Shown: piece by piece, positions 37,576 through 47,372 of the stretch | Numbering within the stretch: the stretch's first letter is position 1 | How the letters are laid out: each line of letters begins with the position of its first letter | DNA from: an uncultured Verrucomicrobiota bacterium | GTDB taxonomy: Bacteria; Verrucomicrobiota; Verrucomicrobiia; Limisphaerales; SXQI01 | Assembly: GCA_964566945.1 (NCBI GenBank) | Contig: CAZMKE010000003.1 | Span: forward strand, 209,224-273,223 | Reading direction: 5' to 3' | Length of the DNA: 64,000 bases | Notes under the pieces: generated by a model | Seen by the model: the letters and a program-made list of their open reading frames with translations, nothing else | What the model was told of the DNA's origin: nothing | The model's database searches: none | Position numbers and translations under genes: made by a program

Positions 37576-38940
37576 ATGAAGATTGATACAACCATCACGG
37601 TGGAATCGCTCGGGCCCGGCCTGCAGCGGCTGTTCGAGCTGTCCGGGAAAAAGATCCTGGACCTGGAACGAACCTGGGACACCGCCAAGGGGACGCCCGT
37701 GTTCACAGTGCGCGGGAAGTACACGACGCGCGGCTGGACCGAATGGACGCGCGGTTTTCAATTCGGGAGCGCCTTGCTGCAATTCGACGCGACGGGCGAG
37801 AAGGAGTTTTTGGATCTGGCGCGCGGCCGGATTGCGTCGTCCATGGCGACCCATATTTCGCATATCGGGGTGCATGATCACGGATTCAACATCGTGAGCA
37901 CCTACGGGAATCTGTGGCGGTTGTTGCGCCACGGGAAAATGGCTCCGAACCCGGATCTGGCGGCTCTGTGCGAACTGGCGTTGAAAGTTTCCGGCGCGGT
38001 GCAGGCGGCGCGCTGGACCCCGATCAGCAACGGCGAGGGATACATCTACTCGTTCAACGGGCCGCACTCGCTCTTCATCGACACGATGCGCTCGCTCCGG
38101 TCCCTGGCGCTGGCCCATCAGCTCGGCCATTGCCTGATGGCGGAGCATGATGCGCGGATTTCGCTGCTGGATCGGCTGGTGCAGCATGCCCGCACGACGG
38201 CGGCGTTCTCGATTTATTATGGCGTAGGCCGGGATCACTATGACAAGCGCGGCCGAACGGCGCACGAAAGCATCTTCAACACGAACGACGGGCATTTCCG
38301 CTGCCCCAACTCCCAGCAGGGCTACTCTCCCTTCTCGACCTGGACGCGCGGGCTGGCCTGGGCGATTTGCGGGTTTGCCGAGCAGTTGGAATTCCTGCGC
38401 ACCCGGGCCAACGACGAGTTTGGCAATCCGGGCGGGAAAAAGGCGGTGGCCAAGACATTGCTGGAAGCGGCCACAGCCGCGGCGGATTTTTATATCGAAA
38501 ACAGCTGCGCCTGCGGCGTGCCGATGTGGGACACCGGGGCGCCGGGCCTGGCGAATCTCCCGGACCATCTGGATCGCCCGGCTGATCCTTATAATTCCGA
38601 GGAACCGGTGGACAGCTCGGCGGCGGCGATCGCCGCGCAGGGGTTGTTGCGGTTGGGCGCCTGCCTGCCCGGGAAAGGGCGCTATAACTATCGCGCGGCC
38701 GGTTTGACGATTCTGCGCACCCTGTTGCGGGCGCCTTATCTTTCCGAGAGCGGCAGGCATCAAGGGTTGCTGCTGCATTCGGTTTATCATCGCCCGAACA
38801 GCTGGGATTACGTGGCCAAGGGCCAGAAAGTTCCCAACGGCGAAAGCTCGATGTGGGGCGATTATCATCTCCGGGAAGCCGCGCTGATGCTCTGGAAAGA
38901 AGGGCGCGGCGAACCGTATCTCACCTTTTTCGATTCATGA
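37576..38940 (+). CDS. Six-hairpin glycoside hydrolase-like protein (GH88/unsaturated glucuronyl hydrolase-like)
   Basis: HDHGFN and a C-terminal WGDYHLREAALML resembling the GH88 GDYYFLEAL motif. The family call is tentative. Confidence 0.55.
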   Translation: MKIDTTITVESLGPGLQRLFELSGKKILDLERTWDTAKGTPVFTVRGKYTTRGWTEWTRGFQFGSALLQFDATGEKEFLDLARGRIASSMATHISHIGVHDHGFNIVSTYGNLWRLLRHGKMAPNPDLAALCELALKVSGAVQAARWTPISNGEGYIYSFNGPHSLFIDTMRSLRSLALAHQLGHCLMAEHDARISLLDRLVQHARTTAAFSIYYGVGRDHYDKRGRTAHESIFNTNDGHFRCPNSQQGYSPFSTWTRGLAWAICGFAEQLEFLRTRANDEFGNPGGKKAVAKTLLEAATAAADFYIENSCACGVPMWDTGAPGLANLPDHLDRPADPYNSEEPVDSSAAAIAAQGLLRLGACLPGKGRYNYRAAGLTILRTLLRAPYLSESGRHQGLLLHSVYHRPNSWDYVAKGQKVPNGESSMWGDYHLREAALMLWKEGRGEPYLTFFDS

Positions 38941-40424
38941 CCGAGCCTTTCAAGCTCACGCGCATTCCGGCCCTCAAAACGGTGGAGGAGTTCCGGGCCC
39001 ATTGCCAGTCCCTCAAAGTTGTTTTGCCGACGGACGACGAATTGCTGGCGGCGGCCGGATCGCCTCTGGCTGAGCCTTGGACCCGCGCGAAGATTCGCGG
39101 CAAGACGATTGGCAATCGCGTGGTCATTCAACCGATGGAAGGCTGGGATGGCACGGTGGATGGCCATCCCACGGAGGACACCCTCCGGCGCTGGAAGCGA
39201 TTCGGCGAAAGCGGAGCGAAACTGATTTATGGCGGAGAAGCGATGGCGGTCTGCCCGGCCGGCCGGGCCAACCCGAATCAGTTGATCATCGACCGCGCGC
39301 ATTTGGCGGGTTTGAGCGGTTTGCGGGAAGCGCTCGTTTCGAGCCATCGGCAGAAGCATGGAAGCGCGGACGACCTGGTGATCGGCTTTCAGCTCACCCA
39401 TTCCGGAAGATTCTGCCGGCCAACGGACAAGAAGCGGCTGGAGCCGCGTATTGCCTTCCGGCATCCGTTGCTGGACCGAAAGTTTGGCGTGATGGACGAT
39501 CGCCCGGTTCTTTCGGACGGCGAGGTCGAACAACTGATCGCGGAGTACGTCGCTGCGGCGCGGGTGGCGGAAGAGGCGGGGGCCGATTTTGTCGACATCA
39601 AGCATTGCCACGGGTATCTGCTCCACGAATTTCTGGGCGCGCACTTGCGGCCGGGGAAGTACGGCGGTTCGTTTGAGAACCGCACGCGCATTCTGCGGGA
39701 GATCGTGGCTGGCATGCGAGCGGCGGGCCTCTCGATCGAGGTGGCGGTGCGGCTGAGCGCATTTGATTTTGCGCCGTTCCGCCCGGATCCGGCGCTTTCT
39801 TCTCCCGGCAAGCCCGGGCCCGGAATACCGGAGGATGTTTCTGCGTGCCTGCCTTACCGCCATGGCTTCGGAGTGTCGGAGGCTGATCCAACCCGTTACG
39901 ACCTGGCTGAGACGTTCCGGTTCGTGGAATTATGCGGCACGCTTGGGGTGAAGCTTCTGAACCTGACGGCCGGGTCCCCCTACTACAATCCGCATATTCA
40001 GCGCCCCGCGGCCTATCCTCCGTCCGATGGTTATCAGCCGGCTTACGATCCGCTGATCGATGTGGCGCGCCAGATCGACGTGGTGCGCCAGGTGCGGGCG
40101 TGTGCGCCCCAGGAAGTTGGCATTATCGGCAGCGCCTATAGCTATCTCCAGGAGTACCTCCCGCACGTGGCCCAGGCGGTGGTCCGCCAGGGTTGGGCCG
40201 ATTTTATCGGCCTGGGGCGGGCCGTGCTCAGCTACCCGGCAATGCTGGCCGATGTCCTGGCCGCGCGCCCGCTGGAAAAGCGATGGGTTTGCCGCACGTT
40301 CAGTGATTGCACGACCGCGCCGCGCAACGGCATGATCAGCGGCTGTTACCCACTGGACAAGCATTACGGGAACAAGCCGGAAAACGAGCAATTGAAAGCG
40401 GTGAAGAGGGAAGGCGTTCGTTGA
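38937..40424 (+). CDS. NADH:flavin oxidoreductase (Old Yellow Enzyme family)
   Basis: VIQPMEGWDG, QLTHSGR and FVDIKHCHGYLLHEFL. The ATG at 38937 overlaps the upstream TGA (ATGA). Confidence 0.8.
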   Translation: MTEPFKLTRIPALKTVEEFRAHCQSLKVVLPTDDELLAAAGSPLAEPWTRAKIRGKTIGNRVVIQPMEGWDGTVDGHPTEDTLRRWKRFGESGAKLIYGGEAMAVCPAGRANPNQLIIDRAHLAGLSGLREALVSSHRQKHGSADDLVIGFQLTHSGRFCRPTDKKRLEPRIAFRHPLLDRKFGVMDDRPVLSDGEVEQLIAEYVAAARVAEEAGADFVDIKHCHGYLLHEFLGAHLRPGKYGGSFENRTRILREIVAGMRAAGLSIEVAVRLSAFDFAPFRPDPALSSPGKPGPGIPEDVSACLPYRHGFGVSEADPTRYDLAETFRFVELCGTLGVKLLNLTAGSPYYNPHIQRPAAYPPSDGYQPAYDPLIDVARQIDVVRQVRACAPQEVGIIGSAYSYLQEYLPHVAQAVVRQGWADFIGLGRAVLSYPAMLADVLAARPLEKRWVCRTFSDCTTAPRNGMISGCYPLDKHYGNKPENEQLKAVKREGVR

Positions 40425-40487
40425 GCGACAACGGGTCGAGCAATTCGAGGTTGGCGGCGCGTTCCTAGTAGGTGCATAGTCTGGTCT

Positions 40488-40721
40488 ATGCAAAGCGTAA
40501 CTTTGGATGAGCAGAAGCATTTGGCCGAACTTATCCGTGAGCTGGCGCCCGATGCAGAGCTGTGGATTACAGATGAGAATGGCCCGGTTGCGAAGCTTTC
40601 CTCCGTGCCCTCAAAAACATCGTTGCGCGATCTTAAGCCACGATCCGTTGGGGCGGTCCTCCAGTCGGTTCCCTCCCCGGGCGAGGACCTGCTGGATGAA
40701 ATGCTGCGATCGAAACAATGA
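40488..40721 (+). CDS. Putative type II antitoxin (VapB/DUF2281-like)
   Basis: 77 aa. ITDENGPVAKL then RSVGA...EDLLDEML. The stop overlaps the start of the PIN-like ORF (ATGA). Confidence 0.45.
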   Translation: MQSVTLDEQKHLAELIRELAPDAELWITDENGPVAKLSSVPSKTSLRDLKPRSVGAVLQSVPSPGEDLLDEMLRSKQ

Positions 40722-40940
40722 TCGGCGCTGATACCACCTTCCTCGTTCAACTCGAATTGATGGAGCTGCCCGCTCACGAACGGGCTCACACGCTTCTCCG
40801 GCGGCACATTCTGGAGGCGAACGTTTGCTTGGCGCTCGCTGAATTTATCCATTTTGCCCCGCATGGTCCGAAAAGCGAACGGACTGCTTTTTCTGTCGCA
40901 CCGGGCTGGCGTTTGAGGCAAAGTCGGGAAACCCAGTATG
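40718..40940 (+). pseudogene. Truncated PIN-domain (VapC-like) toxin remnant
   Basis: MIGADTTFLVQLE...LAEFIH resembles a PIN N-terminus with its first catalytic Asp. The rest of the domain is missing and the frame runs into the DUF1080 gene. Confidence 0.4.
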
Positions 40941-41885
40941 AAAGTTTTTGCTGCTCTCGCGTTCGCTGCCGTGCTTTCAGTCGTCGCTGCCGAAAAACCG
41001 GTGGCGGAGACGTTTCTAGATCCGGCGAAGGCCGGGCAGGACTACAAGGATCAAGGCGAGTACAAGAATGACTGGGGCGGGGCGCAAGTCATTGCTTTGG
41101 GGAATAACGAATTCCGCTTGGTGACCTATCCGGGCGGCCTCCCGGGTGAAGGAGCGGACAAGGCGAACAAGCGCGAAAACCCTGGCAAACGGGACGGCAG
41201 CAAGGTGGTCTTTACCGGGGAGAACGGCTATCGGGCGGAACTGCAGGACGGCAAGATTACCATCCGGACCTCAGATGGCGGGCCGTGGACCATGGAAAAG
41301 GTGGAGCGCAAAAGTCCGACGTTGGGCGCGAAGCCGCCGAAAGGAGCGGTGGTGCTGTTCGATGGCGGCAGCGCCGATGCCTGGACCAACGGCCATACGG
41401 AAGAGCGCGGGCTATTAATGCCCGGCACAAAGAGCAAGCAGAGCTTCACCAATTTTACGGCGCACCTGGAGTTTTTGCTGCCGTTCAAGCCGCTCGGCCG
41501 CGGGCAGGATCGGGGCAATAGCGGCGTGTATCTGCAGGATCGGTACGAAGTCCAGGTGCTGGATTCCTTTGGGTTGAAGGGGCAGGACAATGAGTGCGGC
41601 GCGCTCTATTCGCAGGCGGCCCCTTCAGTGAACATGTGCTACCCGCCGCTGACCTGGCAAACCTATGACATCCAGTTCAAGACCGCGCAGTTTGATGCAG
41701 CTGGCGCGAAAACGAAAGGGGCGGTTGTCACGATTCGGCACAATGGGGTGACGATTTTCGATAAACACGAGATCGAAGGTCCGACGCCCGGCGGCAAGAA
41801 GGAAGATGCCTCCGGGGGCCCGCTGCAACTCCAGGGCCATGGCAACCCGGTGTTTTATCGGAACGTCTGGGTCATGCCCGAGTAA
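40938..41885 (+). CDS. DUF1080 (3-keto-disaccharide hydrolase-like) secreted protein
   Basis: Signal peptide. GNSGVYLQDRYEVQVLDSFG, CGALYSQAAP, GPLQLQGHGNPVFYRNVWV. Confidence 0.85.
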   Translation: MKVFAALAFAAVLSVVAAEKPVAETFLDPAKAGQDYKDQGEYKNDWGGAQVIALGNNEFRLVTYPGGLPGEGADKANKRENPGKRDGSKVVFTGENGYRAELQDGKITIRTSDGGPWTMEKVERKSPTLGAKPPKGAVVLFDGGSADAWTNGHTEERGLLMPGTKSKQSFTNFTAHLEFLLPFKPLGRGQDRGNSGVYLQDRYEVQVLDSFGLKGQDNECGALYSQAAPSVNMCYPPLTWQTYDIQFKTAQFDAAGAKTKGAVVTIRHNGVTIFDKHEIEGPTPGGKKEDASGGPLQLQGHGNPVFYRNVWVMPE

Positions 41886-41906
41886 CTCGGAGAATTAGCA
41901 CTCATC

Positions 41907-43295
41907 GTGTCGCGCACCTCGGACAGCAAGTTCTCCCGGCGTGGATTCCTCAAGGGATCGGCAGGCATTGCGGCGTCGTTGGCGGCTTTGAACGCCCGGG
42001 GAGCCGCGACGAACGCTCCGGCTTCGACGCCGGAAAGCCTTCTCTACCTTCCGCCGGTGCTCTCCTGCCCAACGGAAACATCCATTCGCATTGGCGCCTT
42101 GAATGAAAAAGGAGCGGCCGAGGCGATGCTGGAACTGCGCAAAGAGGGCGCCGCGAGTTGGGATCGGCCGGAACCGGTGGTGAAAGTGGGGGATTACGAG
42201 ATCCTGAATTGGACGTTGAAGAATCTTACCGGGGCGACGCGCTACGAATATCGCATCCTGCTGAAGCGGCAGGGGAGCGAAGCGTTCCGTCCCGCGAGCG
42301 CTGGCAGCTTCCGCACGCAGCGCAAGGGGCCGGCCAGTTATACCGCGCTGCTCATGACCGATCCCCATACGGGTTCGTTTCCGCTGGGAAGCAGCCCGGC
42401 GGTGACCTTGGACCGGGTGGTTCAGAACGTGGCGCCGTTGAACGCGGATTTCGTCCTGGCGTTGGGGGACAACGTGGCCTGGCGCGGGTCGCGCGAATTT
42501 CCCCAGCGGAGCGCCGATGGCGCCCTGGCCGCCTACTCGCAATATCGGCGGCAGATTGGGCCGTTGTCCGCGCACTGCCCACATTTCGGAGTGATTGGCA
42601 ATTGGGAGGGGGAGAGCGGGAAATTTCCCGCGCGGAACATCGAGATCGTGGCCGGAGTGCGGCAGGCGCTGCTGCCGGCGCCCAACCATCAGACCTATCC
42701 GCAGGGCGGGAGTGAACGGCAGGACTATTACGCGTTCTCGTGGGGCGACGCGCTCTACATCATCCTGAACGTGCAGACCTATTCGCTGCCGTCCGATCCG
42801 GAGCATCTTCCGAGCCTCATGGCCGATGTGAACCAGATCAGCGAATGGACCCTCGGCGACAAGCAAATGGCCTGGTTCGAGCAGACCCTAAAGAACGCCA
42901 CGGAGCGTTACCGTTTCGTTTGCATTCATCACACCGCGGGCGGCAATGCCGGCGACGCGCTCAATACGAATTACGGGCGGGGCGGCCCCCGGGCGGTCGG
43001 AACGGGCGAGCAGGTGAAGATCCACGCGCTGATGAAGAAACACAAAGTGCAGATCTTTTTTTACGGGCACGACCACGTGTTCGTCGACGAGGTCGTCGAT
43101 GGAATTCATTACACGCTTCCCGGGAGTTGCGGCGCGCCGTGGAAATTCACGAAGGAAGAAACGGGTTATGATCGATTTTGGCCGGACTCCGGCCACGCGA
43201 CCCTCGAGATCACGCCGGAGAAGGCCACCGTGAAGTTTATCAATATCGAAGGAAAGATTTTGCACAGCTTCTCCGTTCTGCCTGCTGCCGCGTAA
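41907..43295 (+). CDS. Tat-secreted metallophosphoesterase (purple-acid/PhoD-like)
   Basis: GTG start. Twin-arginine signal SRRGFLKGSAGIAASLAAL. GDNVAWRG, VCIHHT and FYGHDHVF metal-ligand motifs. Confidence 0.8.
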   Translation: MSRTSDSKFSRRGFLKGSAGIAASLAALNARGAATNAPASTPESLLYLPPVLSCPTETSIRIGALNEKGAAEAMLELRKEGAASWDRPEPVVKVGDYEILNWTLKNLTGATRYEYRILLKRQGSEAFRPASAGSFRTQRKGPASYTALLMTDPHTGSFPLGSSPAVTLDRVVQNVAPLNADFVLALGDNVAWRGSREFPQRSADGALAAYSQYRRQIGPLSAHCPHFGVIGNWEGESGKFPARNIEIVAGVRQALLPAPNHQTYPQGGSERQDYYAFSWGDALYIILNVQTYSLPSDPEHLPSLMADVNQISEWTLGDKQMAWFEQTLKNATERYRFVCIHHTAGGNAGDALNTNYGRGGPRAVGTGEQVKIHALMKKHKVQIFFYGHDHVFVDEVVDGIHYTLPGSCGAPWKFTKEETGYDRFWPDSGHATLEITPEKATVKFINIEGKILHSFSVLPAAA

Positions 43296-43351
43296 AAGGG
43301 AATGGACGCCGTTTTTCGCCTCTTTCCAGATTTCGCCAACCTGAATTTTAA

Positions 43352-44146
43352 ATGAACCCAACCTCCGCCCTCCTGCCGGAAATCTGCCGAATCGCCACTT
43401 GCGCCGGCGCTGAAGCCATGCGCTTTTACAGCCGCGGCATCGCGGTCACGGTGAAAGGTGATTCCTCTCCTCTGACCGACGCGGACCGCGCGTCCCACGA
43501 ATACATCGTGAGCCGGTTGCCCGAGCTGATGCCGGGCGTGCCGGTGATTTCGGAGGAATCGGCCGAGGGCGTATCCGGGACGGCGATCGGGGCGCCGCGC
43601 TTTTGGTTGGTGGATCCGTTGGATGGAACGAAGGAGTTCTTGAAGGGGACCGGCGAATTCACCGTGAACATCGCGCTGATCGAGAAGGGCAAGCCGGTCC
43701 TGGGGGTGGTGCATGCTCCGGCCATCGGCCTGACGTATTCCGCCGGGGCGCAGCTCGGGGCGTTCCGCCAGAAAGCGGGCGAAAGTGCGACCGCGATTCG
43801 CGTCGGCAAGGCGGATGCGGCCCGGATGCGCGTGGTGGCAAGCAAAGACCACGCAGGGCCGATGGTGAGCGCGCTGCTCGCCCGGTTGCCCGGCGCGGAA
43901 CTGAAATCGATGGGAAGCTCACTCAAGTTTTGCCTCGTGGCCGAGGGGGCGGCCGATCTCTACCTGAGAGACGTCCCCACCATGGAATGGGACACCGCGG
44001 CCGCCCAGTGCGTGGTGGAAGCAGCTGGCGGCCGGCTCTGCACGCTGGACGGGCAGCCGCTCCGCTACGGCAAAGCCGGGTTGAAGAATCCGTCGCTTAT
44101 GACGGTGGGGGACACAACGCTCGATTGGAAGGCGCTGACAGCCTGA
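43352..44146 (+). CDS. cysQ: 3'(2'),5'-bisphosphate nucleotidase CysQ
   Basis: SPLTDADRASHEYI, WLVDPLDGTKEF and EWDTAAAQ; ~264 aa. Confidence 0.9.
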   Translation: MNPTSALLPEICRIATCAGAEAMRFYSRGIAVTVKGDSSPLTDADRASHEYIVSRLPELMPGVPVISEESAEGVSGTAIGAPRFWLVDPLDGTKEFLKGTGEFTVNIALIEKGKPVLGVVHAPAIGLTYSAGAQLGAFRQKAGESATAIRVGKADAARMRVVASKDHAGPMVSALLARLPGAELKSMGSSLKFCLVAEGAADLYLRDVPTMEWDTAAAQCVVEAAGGRLCTLDGQPLRYGKAGLKNPSLMTVGDTTLDWKALTA

Positions 44147-44159
44147 GAGCCTGCGCGAC

Positions 44160-44780
44160 TCATTTATCAGGAGCCGGCACCGCTTGCAGGCCGGGATATC
44201 TTTTCTGGTATTCGCTGACGGCTTTTCTGGGGAGCACCAGCGTCACGTTGCCGTGGTAACGGAGCAGCACGAGATTCTGGTGTTCGAACCCCTGGATGGC
44301 GGGGTCCCACCATTCCGGCTCATCCGTCTGCAACGCTTTCTCAAAGGCCGCGACCCATTGGCCGCCATTCAGGGCGTTGGTCGACCCAAAGTTGACGGAG
44401 GCGGCCGCAACGTGCTTCTCGATGAAGTATTGGGTGCCGGTGACTTGCATGCATTGATTCAGCAGGCCGTGGACCGAGCTTCTCGTGACGGGCGTAGCCG
44501 GGAAGCTCCATTTGGCCGGGTTCGGACGGTGTCGGAGGGAGTATTCCAGGTACGCTCCCAGCAGGCGCTGCCATAACCCCGCATTCGTCGGGATTATGCC
44601 GGTAGGATAGGTCGTTCTCGCCAGATCGAGGTCGCGAGCGAACGGGGGCTCGGGGTTGAGATCCATGGCCAGAAGTCCTGCGACGATCAGACAGCCACAC
44701 AGGAAAAGGCTGGCTGCAAGCCAGAGCCATTTCCGCAGGGAGCCAGGTGGCTTGGAGGTCTCGGGCTGAGCCATGAACAT
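44160..44780 (-). CDS. Hypothetical membrane-anchored protein
   Basis: A single N-terminal TM helix (WLWLAASLFLCGCLIVAGLLAM). No family recognised. Confidence 0.5.
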   Translation of the reverse strand: MFMAQPETSKPPGSLRKWLWLAASLFLCGCLIVAGLLAMDLNPEPPFARDLDLARTTYPTGIIPTNAGLWQRLLGAYLEYSLRHRPNPAKWSFPATPVTRSSVHGLLNQCMQVTGTQYFIEKHVAAASVNFGSTNALNGGQWVAAFEKALQTDEPEWWDPAIQGFEHQNLVLLRYHGNVTLVLPRKAVSEYQKRYPGLQAVPAPDK

Positions 44781-44820
44781 GCAAGAATCCAGCAGATCTG
44801 CAGACCTTTCGGCAAAAGGG

Positions 44821-45747
44821 CTACTGAACGTCCAGGGCGACCTGAACCGGTGTTGAGTTGCCGAAGTTTTTGAAGTCCTTGTAGGACCAGACGACCTTTT
44901 TATCCGGGGTGATTTCGATGATTTGCGGGTTGTCCGGGCCGGCGTGGCAGTTGCCGATGACGGTGTGGCCGTTGTTCAGGCGTTGCACGCGGGTGACCCA
45001 GGCGAGCGTGATGCCGGGCAAGTCGTTCTGATCCACCTTCCAGACGATTTCCTTTTTCGGGGTGACTTCCAGGACGCAGTGGCCATTCCCGCCGCCAATC
45101 AAGGTATTGCCGTTTGGCAGGCGGATGGCGCTAAACAGATAATTGCCGAAGGCTTCCGGCCCATGTCCGGGCTTGCGTTCCTTTCCGAACAGGGGTTGTT
45201 CAAACTCCCAGACGATCTTGCCGGTGGGATCGTATTCCCGAACGCACCCGTCAAATTGCTGGGCGACGAGGTAGTTGCCATTGGCGATTTTGCGGACGAG
45301 CCGCGTATCCATATGGGGATCGGGATGATCGACGCGCAATTTGATTTCGTGGCGCAGCTTCCCGTCGCGGTCCACTTCAATAATGCGCGCGGTGCCGGAT
45401 TCCGCAATCAGGGTCAGTCCATTGTCGAGCCGCTGGAAGGCATGGACTTCGAGCTTTTTCCCTGCGTTGCCGTTCGCCGTCGAAGCGTCGTACTGCCAGA
45501 CGATTTTATGATCCGGCGTTTCCTCGACGATCAAATGCCACCCTTGCTGGTAGAGCAGGTTGCCGTCAGGCAAGAGGGTCGCATCGTGAATCGCACCCAC
45601 CTTGGTGAGCCGGCTGAGGCTGCCGTCCGGAGCGACCACCGCTAAAACGTGCGTGGAGTCGTCTGCCATCAAAAGCCCGGGCATGGCGGCGCGAGCCGGA
45701 ACCAGCGTGGCAACAAGCGCTAAAAGCGCGGTGCGAAAAAGGGTCAT
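44821..45747 (-). CDS. Secreted beta-propeller repeat protein (PQQ-like/ASST-like fold)
   Basis: Signal MTLFRTALLALVATLVPARA. Repeated blades LPDGNLL..., KIVWQY, KIVWEF, EIVWKV, KVVWSY. The ORF opens at 45777. Confidence 0.7.
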   Translation of the reverse strand: MTLFRTALLALVATLVPARAAMPGLLMADDSTHVLAVVAPDGSLSRLTKVGAIHDATLLPDGNLLYQQGWHLIVEETPDHKIVWQYDASTANGNAGKKLEVHAFQRLDNGLTLIAESGTARIIEVDRDGKLRHEIKLRVDHPDPHMDTRLVRKIANGNYLVAQQFDGCVREYDPTGKIVWEFEQPLFGKERKPGHGPEAFGNYLFSAIRLPNGNTLIGGGNGHCVLEVTPKKEIVWKVDQNDLPGITLAWVTRVQRLNNGHTVIGNCHAGPDNPQIIEITPDKKVVWSYKDFKNFGNSTPVQVALDVQ

Positions 45748-46089
45748 GCCGGAGACGATAGAGAAAGAGAGTTCCAAACGGAAAACAAAATTCTCGGAAT
45801 GTCCCGGCAGCTGGAGCGGCGAATAGCGGGCCGGGCGGGAGGGGTGATCTGGAGTTGCGGACGGTCGATTCCAACTCTATCCGGCTCTGATGTTTACAAC
45901 TGCATATAAGGAAATCCCTGATAGCCAATTGCCACTTAAAATCGCATCATCCCCGAGTTCTGATTACTGATTCACGGAAGGAGGCGGCCCTGGGTGGGGT
46001 GCGTCTCCTTCCGCGATATGCTCCTGGGCGAATGATGGGCGGATGGCTTTGCTTGCTTTGGGGGAGAGGAGCTTCGTAGAATTTCCCGC

Positions 46090-47352
46090 ATGATCTCCTG
46101 TAAGATAGCGGCGCTCTGTGCCGTTTTGTGCGCATGCGTGCTCCGGACCGTGGCTCAAGTGAAAGAAGCGAACTACGATGAGGCCAAAGTGGGGCAATAC
46201 ACTTTGCCCGATCCTCTGAAGATGGAGGACGGAACGCCAGTGGCCGATGCCCGGGCCTGGCGGGAGAAGCGGCGACCGGAGATTTTGCGGCTGTTCGAAA
46301 CTCACATGTATGGGAGGCCGCCGGGGAAGGCTCCCATTTTTTTCGAGAAGACTTCCGAGGATAAAAACGCCTTGGGCGGCACGGCCACTCGGCGGGAAAT
46401 CTCGATCTACCTGAAAAGGGATCATTCAGGACCGCGTCTTGACCTGCTGCTTTACGTTCCGAACGCCGCGACGCGGCCGGCACCCGCGTTTCTTGGCCTG
46501 AACTTCGAAGGAAACCACACGGTCAGTCCGGACGCGGGGATCACGTTCAAAAAGACCATTCGGAACGCCACGAATTCCGTGGAAGTCGCACGGGGCCACC
46601 AGGCCGCCCAATGGCAGGTGGAGAAATTGATTGGGCGGGGTTATGCCGTGGCCACGATGTATTACGGGGACATTGATCCGGATTACGATGATGGCTTCCA
46701 GAACGGGGTTCATCCGTTGTTCTACCAGCCGGGCCAGTCCAAGCCGGCGCCGGATGAATGGGGCTCGATCGGGGCGTGGGCCTGGGGTTTAAGCCGCATA
46801 CTGGATTACCTCGAGAGCGACAAGGATATCGACGCGAAGAAGGTGGCGCTGATGGGGCACTCCCGCCTCGGGAAGACGGCGTTGTGGGCCGGGGCGGAGG
46901 ACGAGCGTTTTGCCATCGTGATTTCGAACGATTCCGGCTGCGGCGGGGCGGCGCTGAGCCGCCGCGATTTCGGTGAGACCGTCCACCGGATCAACACTTC
47001 ATTCCCACACTGGTTTTGCACGAATTTCAAGAAGTACAACGCGAACGAAGGGGCCTGCCCGGTGGACCAGCATGAATTAATCGCGCTGGTGGCGCCGCGG
47101 CCGGTGTATGTGGCGAGCGCCGCCGAGGATTTATGGGCGGACCCGAAAGGGGAGTTTCTCGGCGCCAAGGGAGCGGAGCCGGTCTACAGGCTTTTGGGGA
47201 AGGACGGCCTGCCGGCGGAGAGCATGCCGGGGGTCAATCAGCCGGTGATGGGGACGATCGGTTATCACGTCCGGACCGGCAAACACGACGTGACGGAGTA
47301 CGATTGGGAGCAGTACTTGAAGTTCGCGGACAAGCATTTTGGCCGGAGATAA
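46090..47352 (+). CDS. Glucuronoyl esterase-like carbohydrate esterase (CE15-like)
   Basis: Signal peptide. [14 protein letters not shown] resembles the CE15 G-C-S-R-x-G-K nucleophile motif. Confidence 0.7.
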   Translation: MISCKIAALCAVLCACVLRTVAQVKEANYDEAKVGQYTLPDPLKMEDGTPVADARAWREKRRPEILRLFETHMYGRPPGKAPIFFEKTSEDKNALGGTATRREISIYLKRDHSGPRLDLLLYVPNAATRPAPAFLGLNFEGNHTVSPDAGITFKKTIRNATNSVEVARGHQAAQWQVEKLIGRGYAVATMYYGDIDPDYDDGFQNGVHPLFYQPGQSKPAPDEWGSIGAWAWGLSRILDYLESDKDIDAKKVALMGHSRLGKTALWAGAEDERFAIVISNDSGCGGAALSRRDFGETVHRINTSFPHWFCTNFKKYNANEGACPVDQHELIALVAPRPVYVASAAEDLWADPKGEFLGAKGAEPVYRLLGKDGLPAESMPGVNQPVMGTIGYHVRTGKHDVTEYDWEQYLKFADKHFGRR

Positions 47353-47372
47353 GGGGAGTTTCGATTGCACGT

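Noticed and set aside
36802-38868. 688-aa minus-strand ORF across the SDR and GH88-like genes
   Set aside because: It is antisense to two motif-supported plus-strand genes and has Arg/Pro/Gly-rich composition. The same reasoning applies to 35398..36321, 41895..42866, 47265..48482, 57554..58621, 59740..61320 (all minus strand) and to 30766..32223 and 53534..54706 (plus strand).
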